The translations under genes were made by a program, and so were the position numbers. Below the pieces are notes generated by a model, which saw only the letters and a program-made list of their open reading frames with translations, was not told the DNA's origin and did not search any database. A stretch of 62,019 nt of DNA, filler included, from Sluysia triapertura (taxonomy: Eukaryota), in NCBI GenBank assembly GCA_046118255.1. It is 4 parts of 4 records of this genome, joined end to end, with 100 filler letters (N's around TTAATTAATTAA, not from the genome) between each part and the next. Parts side by side here need not be neighbours in the genome. Positions count along the whole stretch, not along the records: positions 27,935 to 47,010 come from JBJNIA010098660.1; 3 more parts are not named here. The stretch is one strand, 5' to 3'. Of the stretch, positions 27,835 through 42,010 are shown piece after piece. Every line of letters starts with the position of its first letter. Within the stretch, counting starts at the first letter, position 1.

Positions 27835-27934
27835 NNNNNNNNNNNNNNNNNNNNNNNNNNNNNNNNNNNNNNNNNNNNTTAATTAATTAANNNNNNNNNN
27901 NNNNNNNNNNNNNNNNNNNNNNNNNNNNNNNNNN
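27835..27934. other. Artificial contig linker
   Basis: Same N-TTAATTAATTAA-N structure as 14750-14849. Confidence 0.95.
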
Positions 27935-29270
27935 ATAAGATTTGATTTGTATAATTGTTATAGAAGAATATAAAGAGATTCGATTTTATTTGATTTGAAT
28001 TATTTTAAAAAGGGTTATTTAAAAACAAAAAACACAACATAATGTAACCGTTCATTATAAAGTATTTTCTCTATTTCAAGTACCAAAATTGTCACTTCAT
28101 ATGAACAATTGCTAAATTGTTACGTGACATCACGTTGGAATTTGGAGGAAGATTGTGAAATTGAATCATCATACCCAACATCATACAAACTATGGAAAAA
28201 TTTATTAAATAATATTATTTTAATGAAATTCCTCTATTCATTATTGCATTTTATAAAAAGCAGTACTCAAATTTACTTCTAGGAATCTAAGTAATCCGAT
28301 TACATCTGAATCTAGAATTCGAGTTTCGGTAACTCCTTTGCCAAGATCAGCACGAAAACAAACTACAACGATACAATAAACACGTTGCAAAAACTTCAGT
28401 AATCGATAAATTTAATCAGAAACGTTTAGATGTCTATATTTACATGATATTAAGTATGATTTTATATTTGTTTTAATGAAAACATATATATGTTATAATA
28501 ATATTAAATTGAATTTTAAATTAAAACTTGCGAATTTTATTTAATAATAATTGGATTAAGGAATATCAATGTTAGGTCCACAAATTGAATATCTCGTTCG
28601 CCAAAGAAATGACCGGAATTATTTCTTACGGATACGGGTGTGGGGGGCGTTATGTAATTTGATTCTAATAAATTATTATTAATTGTATTTAATTTTAATA
28701 AATTACATTTAATTTTATTTATTTTCAAATATGTATTAAAGAAATTCAAGAATTTAATTAACAAAGAATCATCGAACTTTAATTTAAAAAGTAAAGAGTT
28801 TAATACAATGACAAAATTCATTATTTTATTTATGCAACAAAATATAACAAAAAAATATATAACAATTTGAATAACTATCGCGAAAACAACGAAAAATGAA
28901 AAAAACATACTATTTTTACAATTATCTATAATGAGCATAATTGCTAAACAAATCATGGGTAATAACTATGTTATTAATTCGTTAAATAAATAAGTTAACT
29001 TGCCAACACGATACTATACATAGCCAAATTCGTAATTTTCGTTTCATATTTGGAAAAGATATTTTCGTAAAATAATCATTTATTAATTTAGAAGATTCCA
29101 AATGTTTATCATTATTAATAGGTATCATTATCGATCTTTTTAGCATAAAACTTTTAATTAATAATAATTTTTATATATTTTACAGAAAATTACTGGATAA
29201 TAAAGGAGAGCAGACAAAGTACTGATACAACAGTTTGTACATGTTTGATTTATAGTAAATTGTTATCATT

Positions 29271-29626
29271 CTACATGAATAAAATTTCTTGAACGAACTT
29301 CACAGATCGCTCGAGAACTAATGTTTTAAAACTGTTAATATTTATAATGAGTTTTTCACCGGCTGATAAATTCCGATTAAAAAAAGTCCGATTCTTGTAA
29401 ATCCACCAATTGTTAAGATATATGGTTCTACATTAAATAATACATCACTATGTGTCAAAAACCGAGAAATGCCACAATATGGGTGACAAACTACTACTGT
29501 TTCACCATCATCAGATATAACGAATTCGGGTATATTGAAACTGTTAGTACCGTTCGTAGTAGTTGAAGAATTTTTCGAATAAGTTGTATCACGAATTTCC
29601 CCAACAAATTCCATAATGAAAGTGTC
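29271..29626 (-). CDS. Degenerate SET-domain exon with an apparent 1-nt frameshift (gene fragment or pseudogene)
   Basis: After an AG acceptor it reads DTFIMEFVGEI...GISRFLTHSD..NVE....GGFTRIGLF. Adding one T to the T7 run (A7 at 29379-29385) continues as xNRNLSAGEKLIINI, which matches the SET pattern FIxEYxGE...RFxNHS..N...RIGLFAxRxIxAGEEL. Confidence 0.7.
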
Positions 29627-30276
29627 CTAAAAAATGTAAAACCAATTTTAAATATCATTTATATGATAAATTTATTGCATTAATAATACGAAATTACTGG
29701 CTTAAATTTTATTCAATTTACTAAATTTAAAAGTTGAAAATATTTCTTCAAAATGACTTAGCTTTTTCAACGTGAATTCTTTAGAGTTTAAGGCAAAAAT
29801 GAGTTCTAGTAATTGCTTAGAAACCTGTTTTTCTTAAATGAAATTCGGACCAAAACCAATTTATTTTATTAATATAAAAATTAAGTAAAAACCAAATGTA
29901 CAAAATCTAACTCCAAAAGTGATACAAAAACGGTTTAAATAAATTTTAAGCACAGCCTTCACATTTCAAATAAAATACAGTGATATTTTATAAATGACTT
30001 AGTAGTATCCTTTTAGTAAATCTAGAACCAGAATTTTATTAACATTAAATGTTTAATATTTAAAATAAATAATGGAATTAATAAAAAAAATTCGGAAACC
30101 AAAATATGTCATTAAGATATAATTAATACAGATAATAAGGACAAGTACAACTACCAGAGAATGTTAAATTTAATGGAAAATTATAAAATATTTAAGAAAA
30201 AGGCAAAGCTCTTTCTGTTTCAGAAATATTACAGTGACTTATTTATTTTAAGCGCTTCTGGGTACTTATTTTGTAG

Positions 30277-30454
30277 NNNNNNNNNNNNNNNNNNNNNNNN
30301 NNNNNNNNNNNNNNNNNNNNNNNNNNNNNNNNNNNNNNNNNNNNNNNNNNNNNNNNNNNNNNNNNNNNNNNNNNNNNNNNNNNNNNNNNNNNNNNNNNNN
30401 NNNNNNNNNNNNNNNNNNNNNNNNNNNNNNNNNNNNNNNNNNNNNNNNNNNNNN
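30277..30454. other. Scaffold gap
   Basis: N run. Confidence 0.99.
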
Positions 30455-30975
30455 GAATAAATAAATTACATTATGGTGAAACTAATATTATAAAAAAATT
30501 CACTATAAAATCTTTTATTTGATTTTAACAATAGAAAATTAGCCATAAAATTGAAATTCACTGTAGAAAAATTATTGCAAAATGTAATCCAAGAAATTAT
30601 CAATCACAGAATGTCTTCTGAGGAAAATATTACATAACACGAATTTTTCTACAATAAGAGGATTAATAAATAATGAAATAAAGGGATAAATAGAAATCAC
30701 AACGAATAGTAGTAATTCACAATTATTCGTAAATAGATAAGTTATGGGAAAATTATTGTAGGAAGTTTATTATTCTACAAGTATTACTTGACATTCAAAC
30801 GATTGATATTGATTTAATTAATTTTCTAGCAGCTCATCATTGATATTATTTGGTTTTCAAACGGCTAATAATTAATACTATAACTGTCGATAATATTTGA
30901 TATTCAAAGAGTTGATATAACTGTCAATAACGTATAAGTACTAAAACTAAATAACTTTCAAGTAAATAGTAGGTG

Positions 30976-31037
<62 letters not shown>

Positions 31038-33384
31038 TTTACATATATGAATAATTTTTATTGTTAATACTTCAAAATAAGATTGGGTTCATAAAATTTT
31101 AAAAATTTTAAAGTTACTTTATGCTTATTAACATTCTCTTGTCGCCGATAATGCTGCATTACTAATATATCAGTTACTGAGCTGAAGTGCAAAGGATTAA
31201 CAATTAATGGCTTTTATTCACTTTAGAAAATATTCGTAAATTTTATGAAATTCTCAACTTATATCTAAGTTACTTTTAGTTCTTTACATAACTTATAATT
31301 AACTTTAAGATATGTTAACAAGACTTTAAAAAATATCAAATGGCTTTTAATCATTAATGCATTGGTTATCAATAAAAGCAAGAATATAATTCCAAATCAT
31401 GACAAATGCGTATATTATGCAATTCCTGAATAATAAAAAATTCAGAAAAGAAAATGAAAATCTTTAGATGTAACCACATATACAGAACCCACAAAGATAT
31501 AAAAAGTGGTTTATGATAATAAATTGTTTCAAAAATACCTACTTACTAGAGGATATTTAAGAAAAATATAAAGTTCTTTTTATTTTAGAAATATTATGAT
31601 GATTGATTTATTTTGACTGTTTTTGAGTATTTATTTTATAAATTAATTTGAATTTAACTCTTCTCTGCTGTTAGAAGTGGAAGTGCGAATAAAATTTTAA
31701 AATTATCTTTCGAAATCTCAGAAAACCAAAACTTAATCAGCTAAAATCTTTTCCAAAAATTGTGGCACAATTCTAAAATATAGGCTCAATTCGATTATGT
31801 TTAATATTAATTAATGCTACTTTAAAATTTACAAAATTTTATTTTAGGTTAACAATATTTGAATTCTGCAATCTTATATTTACTCAGAGTATGGATATTG
31901 ATGTTTCAGATAACTTAATTAATACATCTTCACAATGGTTATTGATTTACTAAAAAAAGTAACTGGATTTGGATTTTCTAAACACCTAGTATTACCGTGT
32001 TTTATAGTGAAAAATACCTTACCTAATATAATATTTTTCATCGATATTATATTATGGCCAAAAATTTTTTAATTTGATTTCATAATCGATTTATTATTAT
32101 TATTTTCATTATATGACCAACGTTAATAATCAAATATATACTTATAATCTTACACTATATATCAAAATTCCTTTAATTTCTTTTATATATTATTACTGTA
32201 TATTATAATTCCGGCCATATTTACATTCGCTTTATTAATTTGCATTATTTGTATTTATTAAACGCTATTTCTTCATTTTATAACTCTGACAGCTTAATTC
32301 ATTTATATGCTTCTTCTTAATTTGCATTAATGCATTTTCATTATTTCTATTTTACGAATATCACGCATTTTGTATTCTACGAGGTTCCGTTCAATCTGTA
32401 GATCCTCGCCTAGCTAATTAAGTATGATAAACTCCATTATTCATTCGTATTGTTCTATTTTCCTTTATTTTCTTCTAAATTTTGCGTAACATTTTCCCAT
32501 TTTACATTAAGTTGTTCTTGTGAATTTTAGAGTTCTTGGAACACTATATTCTATTTAGCATTACTTGTTTTCTTTAAGTTAATTTATTTAATTTAAATTA
32601 TTTATATATGTAGTGGATTCGGTTATTTTTATGTTCCCGTCATTTGAATTATGGCCAAATTATTATTATTATTAATTACTATTATTATTCTTATTATCAT
32701 TAATTACTTTATTATAATTATTATTTTACATTTGTACTATTATTTATTATTACTAATCCTATACATAATTTTAATTATGATGTAATAATTAAATGTACAA
32801 TTTAGTATCAACACAGCATTATTCACAACCCAATCAGAGTACACACTATCTACCTTCTTTCAAATACTCTGATTGGGTATACTAAAATTAGTGTAAAATC
32901 AATTTTGCCAACCAATAATATCACATTGTAGTGATGTATGAAACATTGCGTGTATGCAGTGTATTTTGACAATTTTGGACGGTTTGCGTGTACTGCCATT
33001 TGCTATAAAGCATTGTTGATTGGATAGCAGTATTGAGAAATGTGTCATTTAAAATTTAATGAATCAACCAGAAAACAAAACACTGTGTTGTACTTTTAAA
33101 TCAACCACTCAAATTCGTCCGTTTTTACCATTATATACATCGCGTATCCTTATTACTCAAAAATATATAGTTTTTAATGCAACATTAATTTAGCAGCCAT
33201 TATCGAAATCAAAAATTATAATTAAGGCAGACAACCATTTTGAAATTAATAGAGGTTAAAAATTAATAAACCTCAAAATAAAATTGCTTTTGTATATTTA
33301 TTATCATAGAACCTGTTAAAAATAATTTTACAGTTCCAACAAAAAGTTTTAGAAATCTTCTACGATTTAATTACAAATATAGTT

Positions 33385-34779
33385 ATGGCAAAACGAGTCA
33401 ATCTAGAAACAAAAGCTCAAAGTATTGATGAATCGCATTATGGTATTTCTGATCTGAATTATGTTATTAAATTAATGAAGAAAAATCCTAAATTAGACGA
33501 ATTAGTACAAAATACAATCAAATCCACAGTAGCACGGGAAAATTCAAAATCCAATACGTGTCACTATTTGACTAAACGTGAATCTATTACTAAGTATGCA
33601 AATGATGTAAATAGTTCGAAGCACGACGTGAACCACGTATTTAACGTTGACAAGTATACAAATGATGTAAATAGTTTCAAGTACGACGTGAACCACGTAT
33701 TTAGTGTTAACAAGTATACAAATGATGTAAATAGTCTGAAGCACGACGTGAACCATGTATTTAGTGTCGACAAGTATGTAAATGATGTAAATAGTCTGAA
33801 GTACGACGTGAACCATGTATTTAGTGTTAACAAGCATGTAAATGATGTAGACGCAATCCAAGCAATTTACGATGATACAATTAGCGTGGCCTATGTATAC
33901 AGTTCAAAGCGACGAGCAAACGAGCCAATCAATAGCACGTCGAACGAAAACGATATCAAAGTCAAGCTGGTGACTCCATCGAACACTACAAACGACAGGC
34001 TGGTTAAAAATGTCGGACAACACCAACACATACCAAGTAACAAACTTATATTTAGTAATATTAATATTAATTCTCATTGTATTACATATTATATCCTTTT
34101 TTGTTTTACTCATAGATCAATGCCTAACAGGACCGGAGCTATGTGGAGAGAAGCACAGCTGAGCAAGCACGCGAATGGTCATCTCTGTTACATACTAAAA
34201 TACAAAATTTTAATAAATGTATCATTTTATCCATTTTGTTATTATAATTTGTCTCTAAATTGTAAATTATATAATATAATAATAGACTTAGCTCATACCA
34301 ACAATAAAATAAATAAGAAATGTTTTAAATTAAACAAAGATCAAAGGTTTAACAAAACCTTTCATAAAGAATACTATAATAACGTTATAACTAAGTCGCA
34401 TGACGATAAAGTTAAAGTTGAGTTACCTAATGACAAACTGATCATTGCAAGCAATATTAAAACTGAGTTAAACACGATGAAGCTTTCTAACACGTCAAAA
34501 TATGTTAAATGTTCGTCTCATAACACAGAGATAAACAAACATTTTTTAAGTCTAAACTTACTACATCCCTCCATAGAATGGTATACAAACATTGACACTA
34601 TAAAGAAAACCAAGAGAACCGAAACAACCAACATTCAAGTTTTAAAGACTACATTATTGATGAAGCCACAATCTCCATCACACATCAATTACTCGGCAGT
34701 ACTGATCCAGAATTCCCACCACAATGAATGGAGACTTCAGCAAAATCAATCACAGAATCCCACATGCCGTTTTTCTTAG
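33385..34779 (+). CDS. 464-aa intronless ORF of unknown function with 20-aa tandem repeats, probably transposon-associated
   Basis: Listed in the ORF track. It is a long open frame in very AT-rich DNA, has no recognisable domain and abuts a gag remnant. Confidence 0.35.
   Translation: MAKRVNLETKAQSIDESHYGISDLNYVIKLMKKNPKLDELVQNTIKSTVARENSKSNTCHYLTKRESITKYANDVNSSKHDVNHVFNVDKYTNDVNSFKYDVNHVFSVNKYTNDVNSLKHDVNHVFSVDKYVNDVNSLKYDVNHVFSVNKHVNDVDAIQAIYDDTISVAYVYSSKRRANEPINSTSNENDIKVKLVTPSNTTNDRLVKNVGQHQHIPSNKLIFSNININSHCITYYILFCFTHRSMPNRTGAMWREAQLSKHANGHLCYILKYKILINVSFYPFCYYNLSLNCKLYNIIIDLAHTNNKINKKCFKLNKDQRFNKTFHKEYYNNVITKSHDDKVKVELPNDKLIIASNIKTELNTMKLSNTSKYVKCSSHNTEINKHFLSLNLLHPSIEWYTNIDTIKKTKRTETTNIQVLKTTLLMKPQSPSHINYSAVLIQNSHHNEWRLQQNQSQNPTCRFS
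33592..33849 (+). repeat. 60-bp tandem repeat, ~4.3 copies, alternating as a 120-bp higher-order unit
   Basis: The unit aagtat.caaatgatgtaaatagt...aag(c/t)acgacgtgaacca.gtattta..gt..ac is visible in register on consecutive 60-nt lines. Confidence 0.95.
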
Positions 34780-35140
34780 ATGAGCCTAGATCGCCATGTG
34801 GGTCGTCGATGCCACCTTCAAAGCATCCAATCCAAAACGGAATACGATAATATCAAACAAATCATTGCACAACAATATCGTTTAGAAGTGTTCAAGGACT
34901 TTTCAAAAGACAAACATTAGGCATCTTATCACTTTCAGAACTGGGAAACTTTTGGAAGTGACATCGACGAGAACCATGACGTTCTTAAAAGATTATTCTT
35001 TGACACCATACCACTTTTGTCAAAGCAGTTCTCGTCGGAACGTCGTGCAAATAATCAACTTTTTCATTGACCACTGCATCTCCAGAAATATTGATGCACT
35101 TACCAAGCAAATGGCCGAACTGACTATGATAATCACATCA
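34720..35140 (+). mobile_element. Gypsy-type gag remnant
   Basis: Frameshifted blocks PFFLDEP, YDNIKQIIAQQY, QGLFKRQTLG, DVLKRLFFDTIP and VKAVL follow the order of the Gypsy gag pattern. Confidence 0.55.
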
Positions 35141-35256
35141 AATGTAAGAACTCCATCACCAACACCTTCCACAACATCCTCTAGTTAAGATAGAATATAG
35201 AATACAGTGTTTATTAAAAAATAGGAATTTTTAGATTAACATTTATAAAAACTTAC

Positions 35257-38200
35257 GACAAAAAATTCTTCTATATACCGCAACACATAAATTCCACAAT
35301 CATGGCTGTTATTTTGCTTGGGTATTTTTGGACCCCATCCACGTACAGTGTTTCTATTGAATATTAATTTACCATGCTTCTCAGCTCGTCGAGAGGTCCA
35401 TTCGGATTCCAGATATTCACGAATAATATTGACTTTTTTGGCACGACCAGTAGTACCAACACTGTCTAATATTAGAATACACGGATTCGGATTGTAATTA
35501 CTAATGCCTTCTTTGGATTCCAGATATTCTTTTCGAATTTGTTTCACACGTTCCAGTCTTTCCACTCTGGCCCATTGCGTGTCATTTGGAGGTGCCGGTT
35601 TGTCACTTGGTTTATTCAATATCTGAAAGCAAATATATATTAATTTAAAACCCTTTGATAAGTATAGATTTCTCAGAACTCGATGAAAGAAGTTATAACC
35701 ATTTTAGGAAATTGGTATTATTTTGAATTGTATTAAATTGAAAAGTACATTGAATATTAATGTTCGAAAAGAAATTAAATTTAAATGACCCGAATAGTTA
35801 CAAGGTTTAATATGTATTTATGAAGGGCAAAGAGTGATGTGATAAGGAAGCTATTGCTGATGAAATTAAATACATTAATTTAAAATATGCTCTTAAATTT
35901 AGTGATGTTTTTTTATTTCTTAAAGTTTATTATTATTATTTTAAAATGTTAAATATGTAAATTAAAATATCACATTATTGTAGGAAAGTATGCTCTACAT
36001 TTGATAAGTGTGAGTATACAAAATTATGAATATTAAAATGGAAAATTGAGAGACACAAGAAAAAGACGTTGATGATAGGATGACAACGAGCGTTTTAATC
36101 TAAAATGTTAATAGAAGGAATTTTATTAGGCATCTGTAATTTTGTAACAATGAATGATTTGACGTTGTGGATGTAATGTAATTTTTGTGGTGAGGTTTTA
36201 GTAATTGATTGGTGTGATTTATGTGATGTGTAAATAGGTGTGGGCTTTATCGGGAATACTTATTTAAATACTTAAATTCCGATTTAAATACTTATTTTAC
36301 AGTAAATTTTCGCGCAATATGAATTAATGTTTTATAATTATAATAATTATTATTATTGATGTTTGGAAATAACAACAAAAAATGACTTAATTGCCTCGGA
36401 TATTGCTATGGATATGTCCCAATTGTCTTATTTGTTGTTTTTTTCAAATTTGTATACATAATCACAAGTAATCATAAAGAAGCACAGTTTCATTAGTCAA
36501 TTTACAATTCATAATAGTCATCATATCAATTGCTTTCTTGGGCCATTTTTAAAAAAAGAATTTACAGTCAATTTAATCAAGTTTTTCATCTCGTTCCAGT
36601 TTCAATAATCAGAATTATAAAACAGACGTAAAATCTCAAGCTTATTATTTTATTGTAAGAACATAGGAAGATGATAAACTTTAAGTTAAGGAACGTCAAA
36701 TATGCATATTACGAAATGTTTGATGATAATACAGATTCAGACATCAATAAAAAAGACGAAGTGAATGACAAATTCCACAAACCATTTAAATGAGTGTAAC
36801 TGAATTGTACATGTTACGAGATGCTCGATGGCAATAGAGTTTCAGAAATGAATAAATTAGATATGCAAATCAGAACAAAATTATTAAATGTAAGTTGATT
36901 TAAGTAATCGTGAGCTTTACCGCAAAACTAGGAGAATTAAGACGTTGAGTTAAAGAAATAAATAATGTATCAGAACAAAAGCATCAATTGTATAGTAACG
37001 ACAGAAATAACACCAAAAATAACTTGACCTTTGATATGATGGTTAGTTCTTGTTACTTTTCCTAAATATTATAAACTTTATTTTTATTTTTAGTCTCTAT
37101 TTTATTGTGTGAAGTTCACCCCGAACAAACCATTTTATTTTATAACGCGTTTGTGTGTTAAATATGTATAAAATTTAAAAGGTTTTATGTTTCATAAATG
37201 TTATTGTACTAAATCATAAAAAGAATAAAATTAAGTCGGGTAAGGTTTTCTAAAAACGTTATTTTAAAGGTGTAAAATTTAAAAGTGAAGGATAACTATA
37301 GATTCTTCCACACTCTATAAGGCTGACCATACTGATAACTTCAAGGTTGACTTAAATATTATTCATTACATGACACATACGAAATACATAGCATATCCTA
37401 ATCGTGATTATACTCGTAATACTCTTACCATACTCATCACAAACTCTTATTCATTCATGTTTACATTGAATCTGTTTATATTAAAATTTACAATTAAAAA
37501 TAATCGTACAGTTAACAATATACAGATATGAACTTTCGATTCTCAAAACGAAATATAAACTCAAACATCGGTATGAAAACCATCCTATATCATCAATTTA
37601 ATACTAATATCACACATATAAATATGATACGAACATCTAGTACCGTATACCTTAATATGGCCAACATAATTCTTTAACCACGTAATTAAAGATAATATTA
37701 ATAGTTATGTTTTTAAAAATTTTTAAAGCTTGTTAAAATTAACACTTATACATTACTAACAAACCCTTACCACGCAGAATCACTTGATATTGATTTTCCA
37801 CCGTACTTATCGAAATTTTTTAGAATTTACATAATTCAACTAAAGTTTTAGAAACGTTACCATTCCAAAAGAAATGGTAAAACAGAATCAAATGATATTC
37901 GAATTTTAGATCGTCTACAAAATGGAGAAAGAGTAACAGATGTTGCTAAATTTATTCCACGAATTAGAATAAGAAAACATGTAGACTCCATTAGAAAAAG
38001 TGTAGCAGCTAAATTTCGTACGAATAAGAGTAAAGTTTCATATAAGATGTTCCTATGAAAAAAATGGAATTAGAACGAAAACTGGGTTATCATTTTCAAA
38101 CCTATCATTTAAAACTTCATCCAAAACACTGCAATTAAGACTTAAAATATTAATCATTATAATCGCATATAGACTTAGCACACATACATAAAGATCTTTA

Positions 38201-41200
38201 AGAGTAGTAAATGATTTAAAGAATACTGGTTATATGAAAATGGTTCCTTATCTGTGTGGAAATGTTAAAATTATAATTACAAAAGTTCAAGCCACAACTA
38301 AAGTCGATGCAATGTACCAAAGCTAATTAATATAACATAAAACAAGTGCAATTAAACTGGATATCGTATCAAACCTACTACTAGAAGATGCCAAACCGAA
38401 CTACAAATTCAAGTCTGCAGCTTTAGTCACATCTCACCTAATCAGATTGCAAAAAGATCAAATAAGAGTTCCTATTAATTCTACTGTTTTTTGTGATTCA
38501 ATAATAATAATAGTAATAATAACCTTTATGAATTATTTATCGGATACGACCTCACATTCCGTAAACAATATCGCAGTAATATTAAAATATAACATATCAC
38601 TAAATAAATGCTTTATATGTATCATGTATTATTCAATAACATATTATGTCCAAAAAAACTGTTCAATTTTACGTTTTTAGTGGTTTTACGTTCGTATGCT
38701 AAATCTATAAGCGATTGTATTTGTTTAATATTTTGAGTGTTAATTGTGGTGTTTTATTTGTTTTCCCATAGCAGCGAGATATTATTAAATGCTTAGCTCT
38801 ATGAGAGGGGTAATAAAGATTTGACAAAAATCAAAGGCAACTGTAAAATGCATGCATTTACTATTTACTTTTATTTTACGTTGAAATAAATGAACATTTT
38901 AGTTTAATTTCGATCTATATGGTTTTCAAAAGAACTCGTTTTTCGTATAAATCAAAGGATAGGTGTATTTAGTTTTTAGTTTATTATAATATAATGCGCA
39001 TAATAATTTTACTGACTTTTAAGCATTACATATATACACACGTAACACAAGAGCTTGAAGCATAATGAAAAGCTTATTTATACCCTGCTTCATAAAAAAT
39101 ATCTTAGTTAACGGTAAAATTATAAAAACATTTTATATCAAAGAAATTATTTAATCTAAAGTTGACCACGAATCATTCAAAACAACAACACAAATAGTGG
39201 AACAATTAAATAAGTTTGCATATTGTTATAACCATTTTAAATAGGCTAATAAACTATTTTTAATTTATAAAGTATTGTTTTATTTTTCTTTATACCATTT
39301 GTTAAATGGTATTCATTTTTATTACTAAAAGAGAGCGTGTCACATAATCATAAAATCTAAACATTAATATTTAAAATATTAAAGTAAAGATGGATAAAAA
39401 CTGAGGCAGAACTAAACGATTATTAGTAAGCATAAATAACTGTTTCTGCAAGCCTTGGATCACAAACTCATTAATTAATCTTCCATCTTGTATGAAATTT
39501 AATATGTTCTTATCAATATTTTAATACATTTGTTGTGAAATTTCTGATACCAGTTTAAAACATTTTGTATAAGTGTACTTATATAAATTATTTTACACAT
39601 AATATTGTTTATGTAACGATAATTATGATAATCAATAACTATTGAAAATAAGTATGATCGATTAAGCTTTTACATACTGGGATCCTCCCATAACGTGGTT
39701 TTACTCTTGAACGATTAGAAAATTGAAACCACAGAAAATCTTAATTCATCTATAAATCTAAATCTATAAAGTCATTGGACATATGATCCTCTAATGCTTT
39801 TTTCAGTTTCTTGAAGTAAGAAGAACAGTCACTCTTTAATGTAAAATAAAAAGATCTTAGACATTGATCTTTCAGAAACATTGTTTATTATCCTTTCTCG
39901 ATTTGCATCTTGAACTTGTATTGCTAGTATCGACTTCTTCACCATGGAGTCATCATAAAGAAGCAAAAAATATTTAATTTTTAAACTAATTCCATATTTT
40001 CAAATATTTATATTACTTAATTGATTGCAAAGTTTGTGGCATTCTTGCAAAAATTGCGTAATAGATCGAATAAAGCTTATATGTTATGAAATTAATGACC
40101 AATTTTTATAACATAGTTATTACATAACTTATTTTTTTACCGGAAACTTATGCAGACAATAAGAAAAAAATACAAGATTAGAATAAATATCGAAAAATAA
40201 CACTGTTGCATTTATCAAGATGCAGTTAAGTTATAATTTCACTAGAAAACAATATTAAAATAGCAGATACAAAGCCATCTATTAATTATTTTGTTATCCT
40301 GAAATAATTTTATATTTTCAGAATAACTTTATATAATGCAAACATAATGTGATTGTATGAACATATATTAAGTTGCTGTACCACGTTGAAGGTGACAATT
40401 AAATGTTTTAACACTCTGGCGCACCTTCATTCTAAGAATATTCTTCACCAAACGAAAGATATAATTATATTGAAATAACTGCACAACTCGTAGAATTATC
40501 TACACAAGGAGCGTCTACCGAAATCAACTGAGAAATTTCAATAAAATATTAAAAGATAACGTTATTTATGTATTCAGGAGAAAGACTTAAAGAAAACATA
40601 TTATTAAATTATAAAATCTTTTTGCTCAAAAACAGAATTTTCTAATAAACATTTTCTTTAAACTGTAATATATGTTAAAATGCTTATCATTTAGTTCGTC
40701 TTACTTAGAAAGAATTATGGTTGCTTCATTCAATTACTACACTTAATCAATAAGATTATAATTACATGAAATGTTGTAATAAGATCCATATTGTTTATTA
40801 TAAAACAGTAAAATTTTTATAATAGTAATTTATCAATCAAAATAATTTTATTATTATTATACAAAAATAAAATGATACCTTACTATAATCAACGAGACCT
40901 GCCATCCATGGAAAACATACTATCACAAGGAACCAATGTTTATCTTCACAAACTGGAATGATAATATAATTTTTAGAAAATATATCGACATTTTTTGTCC
41001 ATTTCGCAACTCTAGCATGTCTAATACTAGCAGTATCTTCTGACTGTTGAGCTTTGGTACCAATTAATTTGGTATTAAAAAAACAATTAAATACATAAGT
41101 TTCGTCACGCTGTTTATCAGTTAATACTTCATAATAAATATACATTGCATAAAAATTTATGATATTATCATTTAAATATTTCTAAATTTAATTAAAAATA

Positions 41201-42010
41201 ATTAAATGCATGTACTTACTCCAGGCTCTAAACACTTCAAATCGAATTCTGGAATTTCAAAACTATACGAATCGTTAGCTTTATAAAGAAATATTTTTTC
41301 AACTCGTTTGGTTTTAATACTTGCGATATCAGCCAGGATATTTCTATCTTCCAATTTTCGTTTACGGGGCTGCATATGAACTTCTCTAATATCTGTTTTA
41401 GAATTTTCTGTTTCATTTTCGTTAATAAAAACATTACTCCAATTTTTAATATGACCAGCTGGTTTAAAAGTTTTTGGAAGTATGTAATCTTTAAATTTAC
41501 TAAATAAATATAAAAATTAAATATATTTTTTAAATAAATTATAAACCTAAAAATATCATTAGTCATTTCTTGGCATATCGTATTTTTTTCCAATTTTTTA
41601 ATGGTATTATGGTAATCAAATAAACCAGGCATATCAGCACAAAAAAATAATTTATTCTTAATATGTTCATGTTTACTCTTACTACCAGAATGTTTTTTAA
41701 GACTGAGACAAATAAGATGATGGTTACGATGAAAATACAATTTTTCCACGTTTGAAGCGGACACACTATGCACTTTACTCACACCATTTATATTTTCATA
41801 TATTTCATATATAAAATGATTATCTTTGTAATACAAATCTTTCGCTTTTTTAAATTCATTATTTTCTATAAATGCATATTTCACTGGTATTCGGATATCA
41901 CCTACTAAATCCATAGCGGATAAAAATCGAGACTAATAGAAAATTATATCTACATAAAATTATCAAACTTTTTCTTTGCCAGTAACAACTCTTATATCGG
42001 GTCCCTTCAT
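35257..42010 (-). CDS. SUMO-specific protease, SENP6/7 (Ulp2-like, peptidase C48), partial. Supported exons 42010-41969, 41932-41547, 41499-41220, 41181-40879, 35622-35257
   Basis: Spliced translation gives DLKCLEPG|KYLNDNIINFY, YVFNCFFNTKL, RHARVAKWTKNVDIFSKNYIIIPVCEDKHWFLVIVCFP, PCILILDS, IIREYLESEW and PKQNNSHDCGIYVLRYIEEFF. The H-D-Q-C catalytic residues are intact. Extra exons near 39600-40530 and 43000-43250, and the terminal exon, could not be resolved. Confidence 0.9.
37870..38430 (+). mobile_element. Tigger transposase remnant
   Basis: IRILDRLQNGERVTDVAKF..IRKHVDSIRKSV (CENP-B-type HTH) and, further on, YY*KMPNRT. Confidence 0.75.

Noticed and set aside
28080-28670. Continuation of intersectin (PH/C2 exons)
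   Set aside because: It lies across a linker, and the exon-like pieces show no PH or C2 similarity that I can recognise.
33592-33849. CRISPR-like array
   Set aside because: Contiguous tandem units with no unique spacers, eukaryotic context and no cas genes.
41237-41546. C-terminal half of the 225-aa ORF as real protein
   Set aside because: A 47-nt intron shifts the true SENP frame; the ORF tail is out of frame.
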